Shown: positions 24,737 to 38,131, numbered from the whole stretch's first letter. The stretch: 61,051 bases of DNA, filler included, from Sphacelaria rigidula (GCA_964200075.2; 9 parts of 9 records of this genome joined end to end with filler, not necessarily neighbours in it); one strand, 5' to 3'. Program-made: numbers and translations. The notes: generated from the letters alone by a model not told the origin.

Positions 24737-26299
24737 TGATATCCGATGCTGTCAAGGGTGGGTTAGCGGACTACGACCGGACGAGATCATGATGATCGTG
24801 CGGAAAGCGGACGGCTCTCTTACGAAATGTGTGCATATATATATATATATATAACATTCATTGTTGGTTGGTGCACGTGTGAGATAAGCCCGTTTCCGCT
24901 GCGAGTGCCCGAAGTAACTGCAAATCAGTGACCCCCTGGTTGCTACCAGGAGACTGGCAGGAGACTGGGGATAGTGAATGATGACAATTATTAACACAAA
25001 GATGTGTGGAACGAGGAAAGAATCGTGTATAAATCTTACAACAACGTAGTATAATGACTGACTGGTTTATTTATTTGTAAACTGTTCCTACTGTGGGTGT
25101 AGAAGTTTGTAATATCTACTTACACATACATACGTGGCGTATATCATGCGTGAGAATTTGTAGCATGCAATTATGTGTGTGTGTTAGTGTGAGTCTATGC
25201 GGGAAGGTATCGATGCTTGGGAACGTGTACCAACAGAAACGGTTTCTACCTCACGGTACGATAAAAATAAAGTCGCCATTGGTCTCTCACATATATAACT
25301 GTCCTGCAACAGTTGCAGAGGAGCAATGCCGCGATTTTTTTCTGGTTCGGGGGCTCCCAACGACTCTTGACGCACAAGAATATGGATCACGGCATCCCCG
25401 TTTGCAGATTCGTTCGAGATATCCCCAGTACATTGGAATAAAAATCTTGGCGGATTTTCGCATATTTTCATAAGTCGTGTTTTGGATTAGATAAGGGGCT
25501 CCTAACAATTCTAGCCTCGGAAAATATTTGTGGACCCCTACCGTAGCATCACTCAGAGACCACAACGGAATCCAAGGGGTCGTGGTTCAAAAGAAAATGG
25601 CCAAATACTGATATCGGGGCAAAGAAGATCGCTGTGCGACTGCTCTGGACGGAGAGTTTGACTTCTTTTTCAGACAAAGTCTAGAACGGTTGCGCACAGT
25701 TGCTACTTTTCCCGACACATGTCCAGTTCAGGCAGTCGATCAATTTTGACTTTCTGCTGTTTCGGAATAACACCTACTGTTGAGAGGGGCACATGCAAGA
25801 GCTTGCCACACAACCCAACATCATCAGAGGAGAACGTGAAGAACGCGTTGCCTCCGCAGATCAAAAACACATGACAGCTCGAGCCGTAGCTGCTCATTGC
25901 TGAGCACGTTGTGCATGACCTTGCTTGCACGAATTTGTTCAACATATTCAGTGAGAAACGATGACGATTTGTCAGCACACGCGTAAAAACGCTCAGCAAT
26001 GGCACGTTTTCGGTTGTAATTTGACACGCACGCGGCTTTTTATCCAATAATAGAACGGATTTTCGTCAGAGACTGCCGTGTGTAAGTCGGCAACGGCTAC
26101 CTCTGCACCTGATGCGCGTGAGTGGACTAACGACCACTGACGAGAGTCTCCTCGAAAATGGGACTGAACATCGCGGCGAGGTTGAACCTGTTTCTGTAAT
26201 TCGCAAATTCTGTGTAAATAGCTAGAATGACGAAAGCCCCTTCGCAGACTGCTTTCAACAATGTTTTCGTGAGACTCAGAGTAGATGGCTGATTGGGAG

Positions 26300-26575
26300 T
26301 GGGTTATTGTTCGTTTTCACTTGGCCGATTTACTCGACCGATTTTTCATTCCGTGTGTGCTTTTCTTTGCCTGTACCAGTGGCGTGTGCTGACAGCTACA
26401 CATGGATATTCAAATTAGGAATACCAAGGGTTTCAGTGGCGAGCTACTACAGAAAGCATATCGTTCCTCGTGGAGGGACATTTTGGAACTGAAACGATTC
26501 ATTCACTGATTGACCGCTTCTCACTCTCAGGGGTATATCCTCTACTCTCAATCTCACGAGAGCGTTGTTTTTTGT
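26300..26575 (+). repeat. Unclassified interspersed repeat family C (also about 1-70, 47865-48125, 56630-56880)
   Basis: Shared blocks TTTTTCATT..GTGTGT, TCAGTGGC..CTAC..CAGAAA, TTGA.CGCTT and CTCTCAATCT.ACGA. Confidence 0.75.
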
Positions 26576-27180
26576 GTTGAAAGCAAAAAAAGGTGTCGGA
26601 GCAGAATTCACCCGATTCATTCGGTGTGCACGTGTGTCAATTCAGATGCCACCGGAGGAGCATTAGCGGGAGAGGAAACTCCTTGCTGTGTGTCTTCGTT
26701 TGTCGAATCCCAATCGGTCGAGAAATTGACGTCAGGTTACCACCATAAACCCAATGTGTGAGCCCTTTCGTCGGCACGAGAGTGACAGGTGGTTTGTTGA
26801 ACAGCCTGAAATAAGATCGGGTTGCCGAATCTTGAATGATATTTTCGTGTGTTGTACGTCGCGCTGACCAGTGCAGAGATCGATTCCCTTCTGCCTCTCT
26901 TTTCGACAGGACGTGCATCTATGCACTACAGAACACGTCGTCGAAAACGGGGAGATGTTCCTGTCACCGCTGTCCCGTTATCATGTACATTCGTGCGAGT
27001 AATTGCAGTTCTGCGAAGATGCAATCGCGTGGGGGGGGGGGGGTTATCGTCAAATTAGGCCTACGGCTTGCTACAAGGGCNNNNNNNNNNNNNNNNNNNN
27101 NNNNNNNNNNNNNNNNNNNNNNNNTTAATTAATTAANNNNNNNNNNNNNNNNNNNNNNNNNNNNNNNNNNNNNNNNNNNN

Positions 27181-27432
27181 GCCCAACAGTGGAGACAGAC
27201 CATGTCGTGGGTCCATAGAATTCGACTTACCGGTCGACGAGGGAAAGGGACTGCGGCACCCCTCTCGCGATGAAAAATGAAGGCAAGCACCGCAGAAGCA
27301 AGGTGGAGTACTAAAAGAAATCTCCAGTGTTGACCTTCCTCCTGTGTGACCCCCGCTGGTGCGCCCACACATGCCGAAAGGTGTAGACCGGCGTCCAGGT
27401 TAGATGGGACGACAACACACACACACACAAAA
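27181..27432 (+). mobile_element. 3' part of a tRNA-derived SINE with (CA)n tail (also 31965-32110, 49060-49132)
   Basis: AAGGCAAGCACCGCAG..GCTGGTGCGCCCACA..GAAAGGTGTAGACC..GATGGGACGACAACACAC. The tRNA-like head is seen in the copy at 57303. Confidence 0.75.
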
Positions 27433-27538
27433 CACAGCCTTGACGTTCAATATGTGAAGAAACGATCTTATGAAGGTCACGGTTGATCATTCTCCCCTAC
27501 AAACTCTCTAACGCGCATGCACAACATAAAACACATAC

Positions 27539-27676
27539 CCTGATGCGCTGCATGGTCTGCAGGCCCTTCGATTTCTCGTACATGTTGGCCTCCGGACCGG
27601 ACCACAGAAAAAGCTTCAGCCCGGCATCGAGAATAAACACGTCTCCCGTGTTAAGGCTTGATGACGAGCAGGGCAC
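27539..27676 (-). CDS. Gelsolin/villin-family protein, exon (domain 2)
   Basis: VPCSSSSLNTGDVFILDAGLKLFLWSGPEANMYEKSKGLQTMQRIR, AG/GT bounded, phase 0. Confidence 0.93.
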
Positions 27677-28337
27677 CTATCATGCACACAGAAAAAAAAA
27701 ATCGGAGAATGGAACAAAAACCTTTCATAGCAGTTGATAACGCTTAGAATATACAGACATGCAGATCCTCAATACACGAGCTTATTCTTGACCATTAATT
27801 CATGCCAAAACGCGTGAATGCCATACAACAAACTACACACAGGGAGCGAAGCATCACAACCTACACGATGACGCCAACGTGTAGCCAGTGTTGGGCATAC
27901 TGAGCCGGGCCGCCACAACCTCAGTATCGAGCCTTGTTCAAATCAATCCAGTATGGGTTTTCACCGATTGATTTTTTTTTTTCGTACTTCCCTAAATACC
28001 CCCATTTTCAGCCGATGCAATTTCCTATCGAACATGACCTGAATAACCTCTTTTCACTACTCACGTCCTCATATCTTCCACGTATATCAGATACACCTGA
28101 AAAACGAAATCTCCGAAAATGCATCTGCTGGGTTTCCTCCCCCTCCTCCCCCAACTCCGCCCTAGCCGATTCAAAGTGTGGCGTTTTGATGTATACCACC
28201 GGGGCGCGGCGGACCTCAACATAGTTCTGAGGCATTGGTGCATTGATGCAATCAGTCTTCAGTATACATTTTGAGTGTGTTATGATAACGGGCCGGACCA
28301 ATACACAGCCCGAGCGAAGCGTGATATGTTGAGATAC

Positions 28338-28457
28338 CTCAGAGCAGCGCACGACGCGCTTCCCCTTGACGTGCAGCAGACGAGTACGGAATACATCCTT
28401 TTCCATCTTGTTGAAGCCAGAGGCGACGCCTCCGGGGAGATATTCAATACCCGTCCC
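28338..28457 (-). CDS. Gelsolin/villin-family protein, exon (G1-G2 linker)
   Basis: GTGIEYLPGGVASGFNKMEKDVFRTRLLHVKGKRVVRCSE, AG/GT bounded, phase 0. Confidence 0.95.
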
Positions 28458-29713
28458 CTGATTCGTGCACGAATGGAGGTAACACCAGAAAATAGCTCAA
28501 GTCAGCCGAGTAAAACGGGAGCACGGGTAAGTGACGGCATACATAGCGCCCTGGACAGTATATTACACCATGAAAGGTGTACTGCGCACAGTATGGAATC
28601 TGTTATCCAGTGTAACAGACGCCATATTCGATACTGTACGCAGTACACTTTCCGACAATGTGATAAATTGCCCACGGTGTGGTATATATACGACAGGAAC
28701 AACACGTTCAAGACAGCAAACAGCAGTATCACGAAGGGACGCATATCAGACAATGGGTGTCAAAATCTCTGTATTTTTGTACAGACCAACACACACAGAC
28801 TGGAAACGCCTCCCGAACCGGAGATGGATACATCGACCAGAATGCTTCACCTCACCACAAGACGGATACACAGACCGGAGCGCTTTTGTTGTCATTGGTC
28901 ATTGATGATATGTACTTGAAGATGGATGATGATATGATCGACTCAGTCCCGATCTTGAATATAATACATTTGGGAGGAAAAACAAACAAACAAACAAAAA
29001 CAGTTTGCAATCATCCCAATTTACGTCATGATCCTCCCGGCATGTGGCATACTCTTGCAAGGGTCGGACAAACAATGATTCGTCTGTATATTACTTGGTT
29101 TTAGTATGATGAGTCGGCTCGTGACGAATCAATCCCTAGGCTTTATTTCAGCTTTGCAACCCAGGTACACGCAGTCCAGACACGTGGAATGGCGCAAAAG
29201 CTGCATGGATACCCCTTGCACCAGCGATCAACGTTTTTCTCCCTTTGGGGCAATCAGGCCGAAGAAATCGTAAATTTGGTGATTCGAACCCGTGATGATT
29301 TGTGGTAACCATGTAATCTTGTGTGACCGTCAAAGCGGGCATGCAACAGCGAAGAACTGAATACCCAAACTTCCCGAGCGAGGCGAGGAAATGACCCACC
29401 ACACGGGTGCAAAATTACGCATGCTTTCAAGACACGCAAAACGTCAGTCAGTGCTTATAAGATCAAGTTTTTGATAACGAAGACGGTTCACCCAATACCT
29501 CGACAGGGTCCTTCCGAAGCGTTCAAGGACGCCCAAGAAATGTTCCAACAACGTCAAGGAAATATCTGAAGGCGTCAAATAACATGCGTCAGGGGGACGT
29601 CTCGAGAAATGCCAAGGAAAAGTGGTACCTTCGCAACATCGCCACCGTGACAAGCAGAGGCACCAAGCACCGATCAAGCAGAGCATTGCAGTAGCACCGG
29701 AACCAAAAAATAC

Positions 29714-29833
29714 CTTGAAATAAGACAGGAACAGCGCGGACTCGTGACCCTGCACCTCGCGGTACTGCACAGCTGCTCCTCCCAAAGAGTCATCGAGCTC
29801 CACTGTTTTGTAGGCCGCGATCCCTTGCTCATC
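29714..29833 (-). CDS. Gelsolin/villin-family protein, exon (domain 1)
   Basis: [44 protein letters not shown] bounded, phase 0. Confidence 0.95.
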
Positions 29834-30038
29834 CTATATTGGGCGCAAGTCACCGTAGCACCCGGACATACGCACGTATGAATGACCAAACGCGAAACAT
29901 CACTTTCCATCCCGTCACAGCAACCAGATCTCTATGTTGCCGTAAGTCCGTTCGGACATGCTTCCATTATGCGACTGCGGGTCTGAACGGAAGAGCTACT
30001 GCATTGTTGATATTGAAAAATGCTTCGGACGCGCGTGC

Positions 30039-30145
30039 GGGGAAGGGAGGGGGGGGAGGGGGGGACTCATTTGTTGCTTGCCTTAGTCGTTTGACCATTG
30101 ACCACGCATCTCTTTCAAGACGGAGCATCGTTCCTACTCCTATAA
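30039..30145 (-). mobile_element. 3' stub of the C-tailed LINE (others at 30829-30925, 35625-35720, 39195-39279, 39361-39432, 47117-47190, 54166-54257, 54358-54427, 54436-54510)
   Basis: Reverse complement of GCTCCGTCTTGAAAGAGATGCGTGGTCAATGGTCAAACGACTAAGGCAAGCAACAAATGAGT plus a C-run. Confidence 0.8.
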
Positions 30146-31514
30146 TGGTAGCGTGGTGGGGGTGACTGGAGTCTCGAAATGAAAGCTGCCCATCATTCGT
30201 TATTTCATGAGACGTAGACAGGTCCAGCAAAAAAATAGCTAACAGCGTACGGCATTTCCATCAACATGCTTTTTCCTGCACACACGGACACTACCGATAT
30301 CAACCGACCCCTCCCTGACGAGACCATGCTTCGAGCCCTGGTTCGTTTCACTACCCTCATAACCAAGCCTAGTCCTGTCAGGGGTTCGGTACATACTGCT
30401 CAAAGTCCTGGCACAAACACTACTACTACTGCCTTGACTTCATCAACGCCTTACGCGACGAAGCCATGACTCAGAAGATTGTTCGCTTCGCTAATGTTGC
30501 ATCCACCAAACCTCTACTCTGACATGGGGCGGGCTTCGGAATCTATAGGGGCCGGTTTAATCCCAAGATTATTGGCATTACCTCAAAGTCTGAAATATTC
30601 ATGGATCAAGACGTTACGCAAGCGCCCAGGCCGAATTGACCTCCACCCTTTCATCTACTATGGATACTCCCCACTATCGACCATCATTTTCAGCCGGACT
30701 CTCAGCACACCCAAAACTTGGAAAAGATCATGTGGGCGCTCAAAGAAATCAATGATTCTATCTTCAAAGGCACAGAGAAGGCATCCGTACATAGGAACGT
30801 AGTCAACCTCAGCACAAGGACAGGCAGGAGGGGACGCGGAGGGAAGGGGAAGTGGGGAGCGTACTCATTTGCTGTTTGCCTCATTCATTTGATCATTGAC
30901 CAAGCATCATTTTGGAGACGGAGCTAGGGGGACGGAGCACGATGAATATGTGAGAACGCAAACAGACTCACGTGTCTTAGGGGATCAAGCTACGTCTCAA
31001 CTTTTGCTGTGGGTGCCAACTACGTAGCCCTGTCTTATCGTTACGCACATGCATGGCACGTCCCCAATGAATGTTTTGCCGCGCGCACACACACAGGAAA
31101 CCCTCTGGGCAGTGTAAACATAGTTCACAACACGGCGAACATCCCCACCACCCGTGGAGGAACTCAAGAGCTTTGTTGACTTTGAGACGTACCTTATACC
31201 CCGCCCTTCCTTTGAACGAGCCACCAGTCTTGGGGAACCAAGCAGGCCATCACGCCCCCCATGCTTTACCTGTTTTCCAGCCTCGAGTACTACATCGACA
31301 CTTGTGCGGCCTCCACCGCGTATATAACATTTTTGCAACTCATTTTCTCGAGACACACCCACCAAGTCTCTGCGGGGAGCTTGGTGCTCCCCGCACACAG
31401 ATCGAGCGGATGCCAAAAAATCAAGGGAAGGGAAATTCAAGAAAACAAGAAGGGACAAAAGATTCTCACACTCTCCATCTCTTCAAACTTGGGAAGTTTC
31501 GGCATTTCGCTTAC

Positions 31515-31625
31515 CTGGGAAGATTCGGATCCGATCCAGAAGTGCAACGCGTGAGCCAACCCGGCACCCTTCTGAGTGGTAGCCATGAGAATGTAGCAGT
31601 CGCCCTCGTGGAACTTTCCATCGGG
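31515..31625 (-). CDS. Gelsolin/villin-family protein, exon (domain 1)
   Basis: PDGKFHEGDCYILMATTQKGAGLAHALHFWIGSESSQ, CTCAG acceptor, GTAAG donor. Confidence 0.95.
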
Positions 31626-32829
31626 CTGAGAACGAACCATCACAACAACGGGACGTATATAAAAAAGATAATGACGAGGGGGGGGGGGATGGGAGAGAAA
31701 AAACAGAAGCATGAGCAACATAATAAGAAGAGACTTGCTGGGAGCTCACGATCATCTCGTCACTGGAATTTGTTGCGTGGTCAACGGTTGTAATACGCAT
31801 TTCACATGAATGAAGATCGACATCTCGCCCCTGCGCTTTATTTCAGTCACAACACGGAGCGGGGACAACACCAGTCATACTGTGCCTTCTCTGACCCCCA
31901 CGGGAAGCCGCTAAAACATGTTTTCCATAGCTCACAGTGTCTTCCTATCAATAGGTGATGGCAGCAAGGCAAGCACCGCAGGAAGAAGGTGGGGTACTAA
32001 AACAAACAAAAAAACTCCCGTGTTGACCTTCCTGTGTGACCCCGGCTGGTGCGCCCACATATACCGAAAGGTGTAGACCAGCGTCCAGAACTGATGGGAC
32101 GACAACACAACAGAGCTTGTGGATAAGTTGAGAGAAGGTGCATGCGAAGCGATTCAGCCTGCGAACTCAAGTAAGCATTGTCGACCAGATTGCGCATCGT
32201 GTAACTGTTGTAAAATGCCTGAGTTGCAACCACAAGAGACTGAACTATGACTGCTGCTGCGTAAACGATTCACGTCACGCCCACGCGGTGGCATTTGTCG
32301 TTTAGCGCAGGGCGTGGAGCCTATGCCTTAGATAACAAGTAGTTTATTCATGATGTTTTTTTTTACGTATGCACTGAATGGCTGAATCCGACCACTGTCT
32401 TTCACTTGTTCATATGAAAGAAACGCATGTGTCTGCACATACATACCGCATTGCGAGGTACATAATCACTGCGCGCACAACTCCGCGTTTCAGGTGTCCC
32501 CAACGAGTACAGTAAATATTCGACAGTCTTGATACATCATAGCCCACGCCGATCTTTCATAGGTTATACGTCGACTATGTTATTCAAGACAGTCCTACGG
32601 GTCTAGGGTTTTCTTGGCTACAGTACTTATAGACCGTACAGCCGGTACAGGTTGCCTTGAGTGATGATGAATATATCTTCGCTGCTGCTGCTCCAAAGAC
32701 AAGGCTACCTCTCAAGACACGACTTCCTGTACCAAAACTTGACGGCATGAATTTGCAAATCAAACCGCAGATAGTATTTTTTTCACCAATTCTCATTTAT
32801 TTTGTTCATTCGTCGCACTTCAAACCCCT

Positions 32830-32970
32830 CATCCTCCCCAGGACGCGCCCTTGGTCTGAAGGGATCAACCCATCCATCTCTCCCAGGCACACGCCTTGCA
32901 TTTCGGTCTTGCGGATTGAGTCAGCACTCCCGTACCGCGTCAACTCTGGTGAAAAAAAACTCAGTCGCCT
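32830..32970 (-). repeat. Unclassified interspersed repeat family E (also 44770-44910 and 56320-56460 on +)
   Basis: Shared block GCGGT.CGG..GTGCTGA..CAAGG.GTGT.CC.GG..GATGGGTTGA..CCCTT.AG.CCA. Confidence 0.65.
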
Positions 32971-34979
32971 ACTTTCGGTTTACTCGTCTACTCACTCTTT
33001 TGACGGTGAAAATCAGATACTTCGAAGAAGAAAACTTAACGCATGGGGAATCGTACCCAGTCTTTCCCTCATGGCGACAGTCGGGCCATTACACCAGGGG
33101 AATCGTACCCAGTCTTTCCCTGACTGAGGGCGATAGTCAGGGAAACGCCCTCAGTCGTGGTTGTATCATACTCTGGGTGTGTATACAAGGTTGTGATGAC
33201 CTCGGCTGAGTGGAGAAGAACCAATAATCTACGCGACCATCCACAGTCGTCAAATAACTCATTTGACTTTTTCCCCCAAATTGTTTTCCCTACAGTGCTG
33301 GACGCCGAGCTAATACCTGAAGTTGCAGCGCGGGCACAGCTGAAAAAAGCGCTGGGCGGGAGAAATAGTGGAATGCGGATGGCATCCAGAAAGAGTTGCT
33401 ATCCTCTATCCGCGCTTGCTGCGTACCGCTCTCTTTTTCTTGTAGCGGCAGCACAGTATTATATTCCGTGCCACGGTCGTCGTCTTCGCAAAAGGCGGCG
33501 GGCCCAGACGGCGTTGTACTGCAAGCATGGCGGCTACTTGTAGATGCCATGACCGCGCGTGACCAAAGGTTCTAGAGATCGGGCTAATGTGCAGAAATGG
33601 TTATGATAATGCCAAAAACAAGAACAACCGCCGGGAGTTTCACGATTTTTCTTCTCTTGTTTTCTAGATTCATCTCCATCCCCTCATGATTTTTTTTAGA
33701 TTTGTGTTTTCAACATTACACAATTCGGAGAAAAATAAGCAGAATTAAATCAGTTGTGACGCTCAACACTTCTGCTCGTGAACATAAAGGAGTGACATAT
33801 CTCCCAGCTCCTTCTCAGCACCCAATTTCTTCAAGCCCAAATTTGGGCGCACGCAGGGGGGGAAGGGGGGCTCACNNNNNNNNNNNNNNNNNNNNNNNNN
33901 NNNNNNNNNNNNNNNNNNNTTAATTAATTAANNNNNNNNNNNNNNNNNNNNNNNNNNNNNNNNNNNNNNNNNNNNAAGGCAAGCAAGATCATGAGTACAC
34001 CCCCCCCCCCCCCCTTTGGAACAAAAACTCCCTCACCTCCTGAAAAACTGTCCCACGATTGTCGTATTTGTGATGCTCCTGCGATACTCCATACCGAATT
34101 TCATCGCTAAATCCAGATTAAATGTATTTAGCGCCTCTTCTTTTAGTATGGTATGTTTTGTGTAAGATACTACACGCGCAATACCTCTCGATAGATGGCG
34201 AATTAGGTGGAGGTGAGGTTATTCACCGTTTCCCCGTACCCAAAACCAATGTTCACACCAAGAAGCTCATCATGTTGTGACAAAGTTTCGTGTGGACCCT
34301 AGTATCGAGATATTTCCGTACATGACGGTATACTATTTACTCAACTTGTGTTTAATCAAGGGAGAAAGCATCTGACCGGGCTGTTGAGTAGATGGGCATC
34401 TGCTCCTTGGTTAGACGATTAACAGCATATGCGGAACACGGTCCAATTCGTCTGCGCCGATGAGACATGGCTGTGCCAGTTTGAACCTGTTTTCAAGCTG
34501 GCCCAGCTCGTATGCAAATCCTTTCGCACTCTCATGAAGTGGTATCTCGGGGTGAAAGCTACTGTACCTTTTGCGATTGTTTCTCAGAACCTCGATTACA
34601 CGTAACACCCCCAAAGACAAGGAGACATCACTTTACCAGTGACATGGGGCGTACGTCACGTGGAGGACACCTTCATCATACCTAACCGAATCTTGCGACT
34701 CTCAACAACCTCATGGCATCGGCGGTAAGGAGTCAAATCTCACGAGGTTAGATACGAATGGGGACACACCAACCTATCTGACCACCTCATTGGCCGAAAA
34801 GTAACGACATAACATACGTGTCCTAGAGTATAACGAATCTAACATAATTGATCAACAAGAGGAGAAAAGGTTTATTGACAACGTACACCAAACCCTCATG
34901 CCCCCCCTTATTCCGTTGTTGACGCTGGCAACGTGATTGCGATACAGGACGTAGCAGTGTGCACATGCAGATGCAGTAC

Positions 34980-35135
34980 CTTTTTGAGACCCATCTCCGG
35001 AGTGAGGCGTACCCATTCGTGTTTGAGCCAGTTGTTCTTGATGGCCCATACCCTTGAGGATGGCAGCCCGTATGCCTTGCCCAGAGCATCGTACAGGTTC
35101 TCCAGCGTGGGCTGAGACGTGTTTTCCACGATCAC
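34980..35135 (-). CDS. USP40-like deubiquitinase C-terminal region, exon
   Basis: VIVENTSQPTLENLYDALGKAYGLPSSRVWAIKNNWLKHEWVRLTPEMGLKK, TGTAG acceptor, GTACTG donor. Resembles the recalled USP40 C-terminal pattern (Y.LP...I...K....K.EW). Confidence 0.6.
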
Positions 35136-36149
35136 CTACACAGTCAAAACAGCGTGTTCGGGAGCCATACAACAAAATGGGCCGGTTACCATAAAAAAGT
35201 TAAATTAATTAATTGTTATATGTATCACACATGATGGACGTAACCCAAGAAAAAACAAAACTGGAACACTAAATACTAAATTAAAGATGGTTTGAGGATG
35301 GGTGATTGTATGGTTGAGGATGGATGGTTGGTTTAATTTTTTGAACAAGGGAAAGACAGTATAGAGCGGAGCAACAAAAAGAGCCACAAGAAAAAAACAG
35401 TCAAGTGTAGGGTTGTCATAACGGCATGCCCCTTTTTTTCGCCAAACCTCTAAAAAAACTCCGTCATTTCTTTTTTGGTTTTTGTCCAAATTCGCCCTCA
35501 CCCTCCTTCCTACCCTCCACAGATAGCGAAACAGAAAGGGGGTGAGACATGCAAAAGCTTTTTTTTTTTTTCCATGCATGGAAAAAACGTAGTCAGCGCC
35601 CAAATGCTGGAGGTCTCTCCAAGGAGTAGAAGCGATGCTTGGCCTCGAACGGGATGCGTGATCAGTGGTCAAATGACTAGGGCAGGCGACACATGGGTGA
35701 AGCCCTCCACCCTCCCCTCCGTTGTAACCAGCAGGTGGTTCTGAGGAATCGACTCGTCTCTGCCCCGGTACACGCTCACATTTTGGTATCGCGGACAGGA
35801 TCATGACCATCACCACTCTCGCACAGCGTCGACGCTCGTCAAATTCTTCCTTGCTACTCACGCCTTCGCGTTTTCAACGAATGTAATCAGATATTCCCCA
35901 AGAGACAAAATCAGCATCCTCCGGGATTGTCACCCTTCATCTTGCGCCCGACGGGTTTCAATTGTACCGGTTTGACCACCGAGGAGCGTCGGTAAATGCA
36001 ATCTCGGCACTGCGGATTGAGTGGATCATGACTATGAGCATTCTCGCACCGCGTCGACTTTCGTGAGATGTTGTCGCTTTTTCTGTCCTCGCGTTATCAA
36101 CAATGGACGATAGAGACTCCTACTCGTGAGGGGAAAAAAAATGAATAAA

Positions 36150-36250
36150 AATCTAAAAGTGCACCCGCTGGGAATCGAACCGCCTACTGAACCCCCACCC
36201 CAGCCGGTTAAACGAAATCACAATGTAGACAGACCACCGGGGCGCGCGAC
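36150..36250 (-). mobile_element. tRNA-derived SINE head (second family) or tRNA pseudogene
   Basis: Minus strand GCGCCCCGGTGGTCT..GGTTCGATTCCCAGCGGGTGCAC has a B box and partial acceptor-stem complementarity but no clean cloverleaf. Confidence 0.55.
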
Positions 36251-36861
36251 GCAAACCTGTACCGAAAAGTAAAAATAGACATATCTTCACCATTAATGCG
36301 ACTATACGCCACCACTACGCGCCCTGCCTGGCCCACCGCACCACAGGAACCACAAAACAGCAGCAAAGCAGTACGATCAGCAAAGCATACCCTGGATTAT
36401 GGCAAAATAATAATTTGTCAAGAAGTGTACTGCGCACAGTATCGACTATTGCATCTATCGCACTAGACGATGAATCCTATACTATACGCAGTACATTTGT
36501 TGATAATGTAATTTATTGCCATTATCCAGGGTGTAAAGCAAACCACTCTGACCAGCATAGCAGGTGTACTGTAGATCCCATCTTCCGGGGCAGCGAAACA
36601 TGGCATGGACATACACGCGTACTGCAACCAGCAGTGAAAGCATGAACTAGCGAAGATCAGACAAGAAGCACAACCAACAGGCGAAAAGAGGTCGATTCAC
36701 AAGACTAAAGAGCACGACTGATTTTTGTTGTACCACAAGTCTGGTGGCCAACCCGACCATACATACCCAACCAATCGACCGCGTCGAACCAAGGACGACC
36801 GACGACACTTCTTTCTTGCAAAAACTACAACCTGTTGATGCAAAACAAGTTAACGACGACG

Positions 36862-36901
<40 letters not shown>

Positions 36902-36902
36902 C
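36862..36902. repeat. (AAC)n microsatellite, intronic
   Basis: Direct reading. Confidence 0.95.
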
Positions 36903-37005
36903 GGAAGCGAAGAGCACTCAACCTAGTGAAGCGGGTCGAACCATTCCGGCTCGTCCGAACGCGATAAACCCAACAAATGACACGAAAATACATAATAAAA
37001 CTGAC

Positions 37006-37287
37006 CTCCTTGAGCGGGCCAGGCCACTCTGGCTCGTCTGAAGGCAACCGCCCACCGTCTCCCAAGGGATTAGTGCGACGGAACGTCCATAGGTGCAGAT
37101 CGGTGGTCGGGTCGGTCCTTCGGCTCTTCAGTTCGTCGTTGCTCGCTCGTGCCGCGGCGGCGGCAGTGGTTGTCGCGGTCTTGTCCGATGCAGCAGTGCT
37201 GCCGTTATTGACAGCGCTGTTGGCATTGGTCGACTTCTTCCCGCCGCCCTTGCCGCCCTTGCCGCCCTTGCCTGATTTTGCCGTCTG
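37006..37287 (-). CDS. Exon of the same contig-6 gene (USP40-like)
   Basis: QTAKSGKGGKGGKGGGKK..TTDLHLWTFRRTNPLGDGGRLPSDEPEWPGPLKE with a GTCAG donor, phase 0. The NAGNAG acceptor allows a start at 37287 or 37284. Confidence 0.65.
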
Positions 37288-37330
37288 CTGTTGGTCATGT
37301 TTCAAGGATTCGTGGATATTGTGTAAAGCA

Positions 37331-37652
37331 GGGGGGGGAAGGGAGGATGTAAATCACGATCTTGCTACCGAAGTCATGAGATCATTGACCTTACATCTTC
37401 ACCATGCCGGCACGGAGCACGCCGGGTTTTCGTCGGACCAGACTCGCCATCAATCACGAAGCGCGAAGCTCCGTGATGTGATTGGCGAGTCGCATGAAGG
37501 ATGAGCTGCATCCTGCTAGTATTATTCGGCCCGAAGCGTACTGATTAGCTCGCATATGGATGACTATCTCCATCTCCAGATGAGTTGCTTCATTTTCTGG
37601 TATTGCCACTTCCAAAGACGATCATGGGTTATACACTGCCTCGCGGGTGTGA
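37331..37652 (-). mobile_element. Family A retroposon, 5'-truncated (others at 33976-34015 +, 55004-55299 -, 56465-56570 -)
   Basis: Reverse-complement match to the 3' half of 22451-23028, starting at a G-run. Confidence 0.75.
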
Positions 37653-38131
37653 CGGGGGCATGGGTTGGGAAATAACTCGTACAATATGCGGCATGCAAAG
37701 GACGGTTTTCAAGTAGCGCGACCAGCGCACGCGATTTAAGGAAACCTGAAGAACACGTACAAATGTATATACACATACGGTCACAAGAAGCAGAGTAGAC
37801 TAGACTAGAGTGGACACGCCTGGTAGGTCGGATGGAACGACCACGGCGAAACGCATCCAGGACAAGCTACTAAGCATGGCCATAACAAAATCCCCGACTG
37901 ATCTTAGAGGACGCCAGTAAGCCGGATACTAGAGCTGGGCGGCTGCTGTGTGTTTGTCATCACCAACTACAAATGATACGATACAAGATACCGTGTACTT
38001 CATGGCCGCAAATATCTTACTCAAGTGCATTATTTTACCGAAACAGTTGGTTCTCATGTCGTTCGATTGGTCGACCTCGAGATTTCATCTGTAGGCATGC
38101 TGCCCATGGCGCCGACAGAGAAACAACTCAC

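Noticed and set aside
25703..26230. Protein-like minus-strand frames (also 3310-3815 and 34411-34620)
   Set aside because: Interrupted by stops or lacking splice support, with no recognisable family. They may be decayed elements but cannot be called.
28275..28919. 214-aa plus-strand ORF (also 31071-31793)
   Set aside because: Antisense to gelsolin exons and introns, with no recognisable motifs.
33045..33121. Mini-CRISPR (25-bp repeat, 27-nt spacer)
   Set aside because: Only two repeats, in a eukaryotic context with no cas genes.
34273..34814. Solo LTR (TGTTGTG..CATAACA)
   Set aside because: No target-site duplication and no second copy in the window.
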